NCBI GenBank assembly: GCA_965112735.1
Contig: OZ218957.1
Location: 3,286,001 to 3,350,000 of the forward strand
DNA: 64,000 nucleotides
Direction of reading: 5' to 3'
Source: Phaeosaccion multiseriatum
Lineage: Eukaryota > Protista > Ochrophyta, other classes
The notes under the pieces were generated by a model, which saw nothing but the letters and a program-made list of their open reading frames with translations, did not search any database and was not told the origin of the DNA. Both the position numbers and the translations under genes were made by a program. Positions 61,201 through 64,000 of this stretch are shown here, in pieces; the first letter of the stretch is position 1; each line of letters starts with the position of its first letter.

Positions 61201-61401
61201 TCTCCTGTCCGCGAGGGTAGCTCTACCCACCCACCCTCCCACGTAGCCTGCCGCTCCTCCCCCCACCCTTCGGCCTGATGGTGCTGGAGGAGACTCCTCT
61301 AAGGAGCTCGAGAGCGAACAAGGCCTCGACCGTGCGGAAGAAGCAGCAGCAGAAGCAGCACTGCCCACGCTCCGGCATGTCCGCAGGCGCAGGGAGAGCA
61401 T
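58254..61401 (-). CDS. RluA/RluC/RluD-family pseudouridine synthase, probably mitochondrial, 6 exons
   Basis: ILFLDNH|VFAVCKPPGMLSQ..|NVHRLDRPVSGVVCFART..K|VYYAVVEG..TG|RKHQIRAQLAHIGHPVVGDAKYG..IALHARALTIPHP|VPLVFNAPPP. The N-terminus MLSLRLRTCRSVGSAAS is Arg/Ser/Ala-rich. Confidence 0.9.
58869..59264 (-). repeat. 11-bp minisatellite (ACAGGGTAAGG)x36 spanning an exon-intron junction
   Basis: The forward unit is CCTTACCCTGT and the array is 396 bp. The first unit on the coding strand is the real AACAGG|GTAAGG donor. Confidence 0.95.
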
Positions 61402-61821
61402 GATAGGCACAAAAGCCTCGTGAGAAGGTGTCAAGCACGGCGCTGGGGCCGAATGTTTCCTATACGGCTCCCCGCCGAATGTTTCCTATACGCCCCCGCC
61501 CCCCTCGGACGATCCTTTTCCTTTGACCCCCCCCCCACAACCCAAGTCACTTCCCAGTAGCAGATCCTTTGCAAACGAAGACCATACCCCCCATCGTCAT
61601 CCCGACAACCGCTTGCATCTCAAGAGTCACCTCAAGGTCTTCGCGCCGTCAAGAGCCGGAAGGAGAGCGCAAGGAGCAAGGAGCACCCACGGGAGAGCGA
61701 ACAAACGGTCGAAGATCTGTCTTGGAGACGTGAAAGTTCTTTTAATTAGATTTCACGCTTGGTGTACCGTGTGCTCCGCGACACCTGACTCTGCTGCTGG
61801 CTGAGAGGGGGAGGCTGCGGA

Positions 61822-62846
61822 ATGGTGAGTCTGGAGGTGGCGGCAGGAGCAGACGAGGACGGGAGCTTGGGAAGTTCGAGCCAGTTTGGCAACACCTGAT
61901 GCAACCCCCCTTGCTTCAAACCATCATAAGCAAGAAGGGCAATGCCCGCAGACAACCAGCCGTAGCGGCGGCACTTTTATCCCCGCGTTTTCGTCTCTAT
62001 GGTCTAGTTTTGGCCCCAAGTTGCAGCTCCGATACTATGGTGCTGTGTTTTTGATGGAAACCTCTCACTCGCCAATGTCTTTGTGTGGTGCGCCGAATGG
62101 GAAAGGGATACTGCGCTTACGGCTGCGGCTATTACGGGGTAAAAGTAGCGACATGATTGCTTGAGGAACAGGCAAAGAGAGCTTTTGAAATAATGTTGCT
62201 TCTTGGTGCCGCTCACACGTGCCAAACAGGCGGATCCAGAGGTTAACGACCCGGTGGGGGAGGAGGAGGAGGAGGAGGACGAAGGAAACAGTGGCGGCGA
62301 GGATGAGGTGAGTCCCACTCCTGCCCCCTCTGCAAGCAGAAGCCCCGAGGAGTACGTGTATTGCTGAAGACTAGCCCCGTGCCTTCGTCATCGGGCTGCG
62401 CCCTCCTGCTTCTAGAGAGGGCTTAACCAACGCTCAGTGCCCGCTATGTCTCTCCCCTCTCTGTGCTTGGCGACTCCGTACGTGTACCTCTTCACTTGAA
62501 GCAACAGCAGGACGAGGACTCGGAGCAGCAAGACGACGAAGAGGACGACGACGCATCGGGAGCAGTAGCAGGAGAAGAAGACAACGATGATGATGATGAT
62601 GATGACGATGATGATGACGACGATGAAGACGAGGGCGCTGGGGACGCACCTGGTCTGTCCGACTTGTATAATAGAGACTTTCAGGGAGACGACGAGGAGG
62701 ACGAGGAGGACTACGAGGGAGACGAAGGAGGGGGGCCTGCCGGGGACGAAGACGAGGACGAAGATGATGACGACGAGGATGACGACGATGAAGACGAAGA
62801 CGACGACGCCCCACCGCCAGGGAAGAAAGCGAGGACGGAGGACTGA
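61822..62846 (+). CDS. Small, very acidic nuclear protein (prothymosin/ANP32-tail-like), about 138 aa, 3 coding exons
   Basis: ATG|GTGAGT at 61822 is a start-codon-only exon, followed by exon 62230-62307 and exon about 62511-62846, all phase 0. The protein is D/E-rich with GLSDLYNRDFQGDDEEDEEDYE and the C-terminal NLS PPGKKARTED. Confidence 0.75.
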
Positions 62847-63587
62847 GGAATGTCAAGGCGCCGACTTCTGACGACCACGTGCAAGCAATGCGATCGATTG
62901 GTCGGCGGCACAGGGGAGGGGGGTGAAACGTTGGGCAGCAGAGAACAGCAGAGCCCCTCCTTGCGGGATACACCGAACAAAACGTTACAGAACATGTACA
63001 AAGAAAAGGGAAGGCACAAAAGCATTGTTCCACATCTGCGCGGAAGGGATGATGGAGCCTCACACGTGCAAGCAATATATGTTTGAAGTTATTTTAATTT
63101 TAAAATTAAAAGGAAGGCCAAGTGCAGGAGGAAAGGGGGAAGAGAACATATTGACATACTGTAGGTAGTACTTCGTAGTACTTGGCATGGGCATCGAGCC
63201 TCAAGAGAGCCTTACGTACGACCCTCCCGCTTGTTGAAGAGAGCTTGCAAGCTCGTGCGTGCGTCGATGAGTCTGTCAGCAGATCGATAGCTTGTCAGTC
63301 TCCAGCTGGCATATATTTTGCACAGAAGGCCTTCCCTTCCCTGACGGCAATCAACTGTCGCTCTCCCAACGAAATGAATAAATGAACGCTAAATGAATAA
63401 ATGAACACTAAATACAATAGGAGGGACCTCCGCGCGTGAAAGCCCATACATCGACCCCTGACGTGCTATCGACGCATTCTCGATAGCACACGCTATCGGC
63501 CGACGGCGATGGCAGATAGCAGATAGCACAGGAGGGGTGTCGCTCACTAACACGCACGCAAGCACACACGCACACACGCACACCCAC

Positions 63588-64000
63588 TCAGCTGAGGTAG
63601 AACTTGTGAAGCTCCTTCATGTGTCTTCGCTGCGGCTGAGCGGCAGGGTGCCACTGCTGCATCTGCAGCCCCATCAAGCGGACGTCTGCTTTGGTGAGAG
63701 GGGCAGGACCGCCACCACTAGTAGCTGCCATCTCACCACCACCAACAGCAGCAGCACTGCCAGCAGCACTACCAGCTGAAGCCCCCGCGGCACCCCCCGG
63801 AGCAGCAGAAGCGCCGTTTGCCTTGCGCCTGCCGAGCGGCAACAAGGCGGCTAGGCAGAGGACGACGGAAGTGTCACAGCCGGAGCCACACACGACAAGC
63901 GCATCGAAGGGTCTAGTTGCGGTGCAGCTGCTGCTGCTGCTGCTCCTGCCGCTGCTGCTGTCCGTAATAGTCCTTCGTCCACAACGGTCACACACGCCAC
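63588..64000 (-). CDS. 3' end of an uncharacterised gene entering from the right edge
   Basis: The open frame ends ...LTKADVRLMGLQMQQWHPAAQPQRRHMKELHKFYLS* and has an Ala/Ser/Gly linker typical of this genome's exons. Confidence 0.45.
   Translation of the reverse strand, partial: GVCDRCGRRTITDSSSGRSSSSSSCTATRPFDALVVCGSGCDTSVVLCLAALLPLGRRKANGASAAPGGAAGASAGSAAGSAAAVGGGEMAATSGGGPAPLTKADVRLMGLQMQQWHPAAQPQRRHMKELHKFYLS

Overview
This is a eukaryotic, GC-rich, intron-dense nuclear window from a photosynthetic stramenopile. The fucoxanthin-chlorophyll protein sequence resembles brown-algal/PX-clade Lhcf. About 17 spliced genes can be reconstructed: an AMT1 ammonium transporter, a Tudor-like/UBA/RanBP2-zinc-finger protein, two RluA-family pseudouridine synthases, an acidic RVxF-motif protein, a TTLL9-like tubulin glutamylase, CFAP300, three protein-identical Lhcf/FCP genes in a mosaic tandem duplication, a 4-TM membrane protein, a USP20/33-like deubiquitinase, an Ac45/VOA1-like V-ATPase accessory protein, SPATA17, a CFAP20-like paralog, a small prothymosin/ANP32-like acidic protein, and two partial genes at the window edges. 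Introns are filled with micro- and minisatellites. The most unusual signals are: (1) a dispersed element CAG-TTGGTGATA-CAG, with 19 exact 9-mer cores plus variants, on both strands and read in three different coding frames inside unrelated genes; (2) a 152-nt pre-miRNA-like fold-back made from an ORF fragment; (3) a 75-bp MITE with TSD and an empty paralogous site; (4) an 8-nt microexon needed to keep AMT1 in frame; (5) tandem repeats that amplify 5' splice donor sites. All family calls come from motif recognition by eye, and no database search was run.
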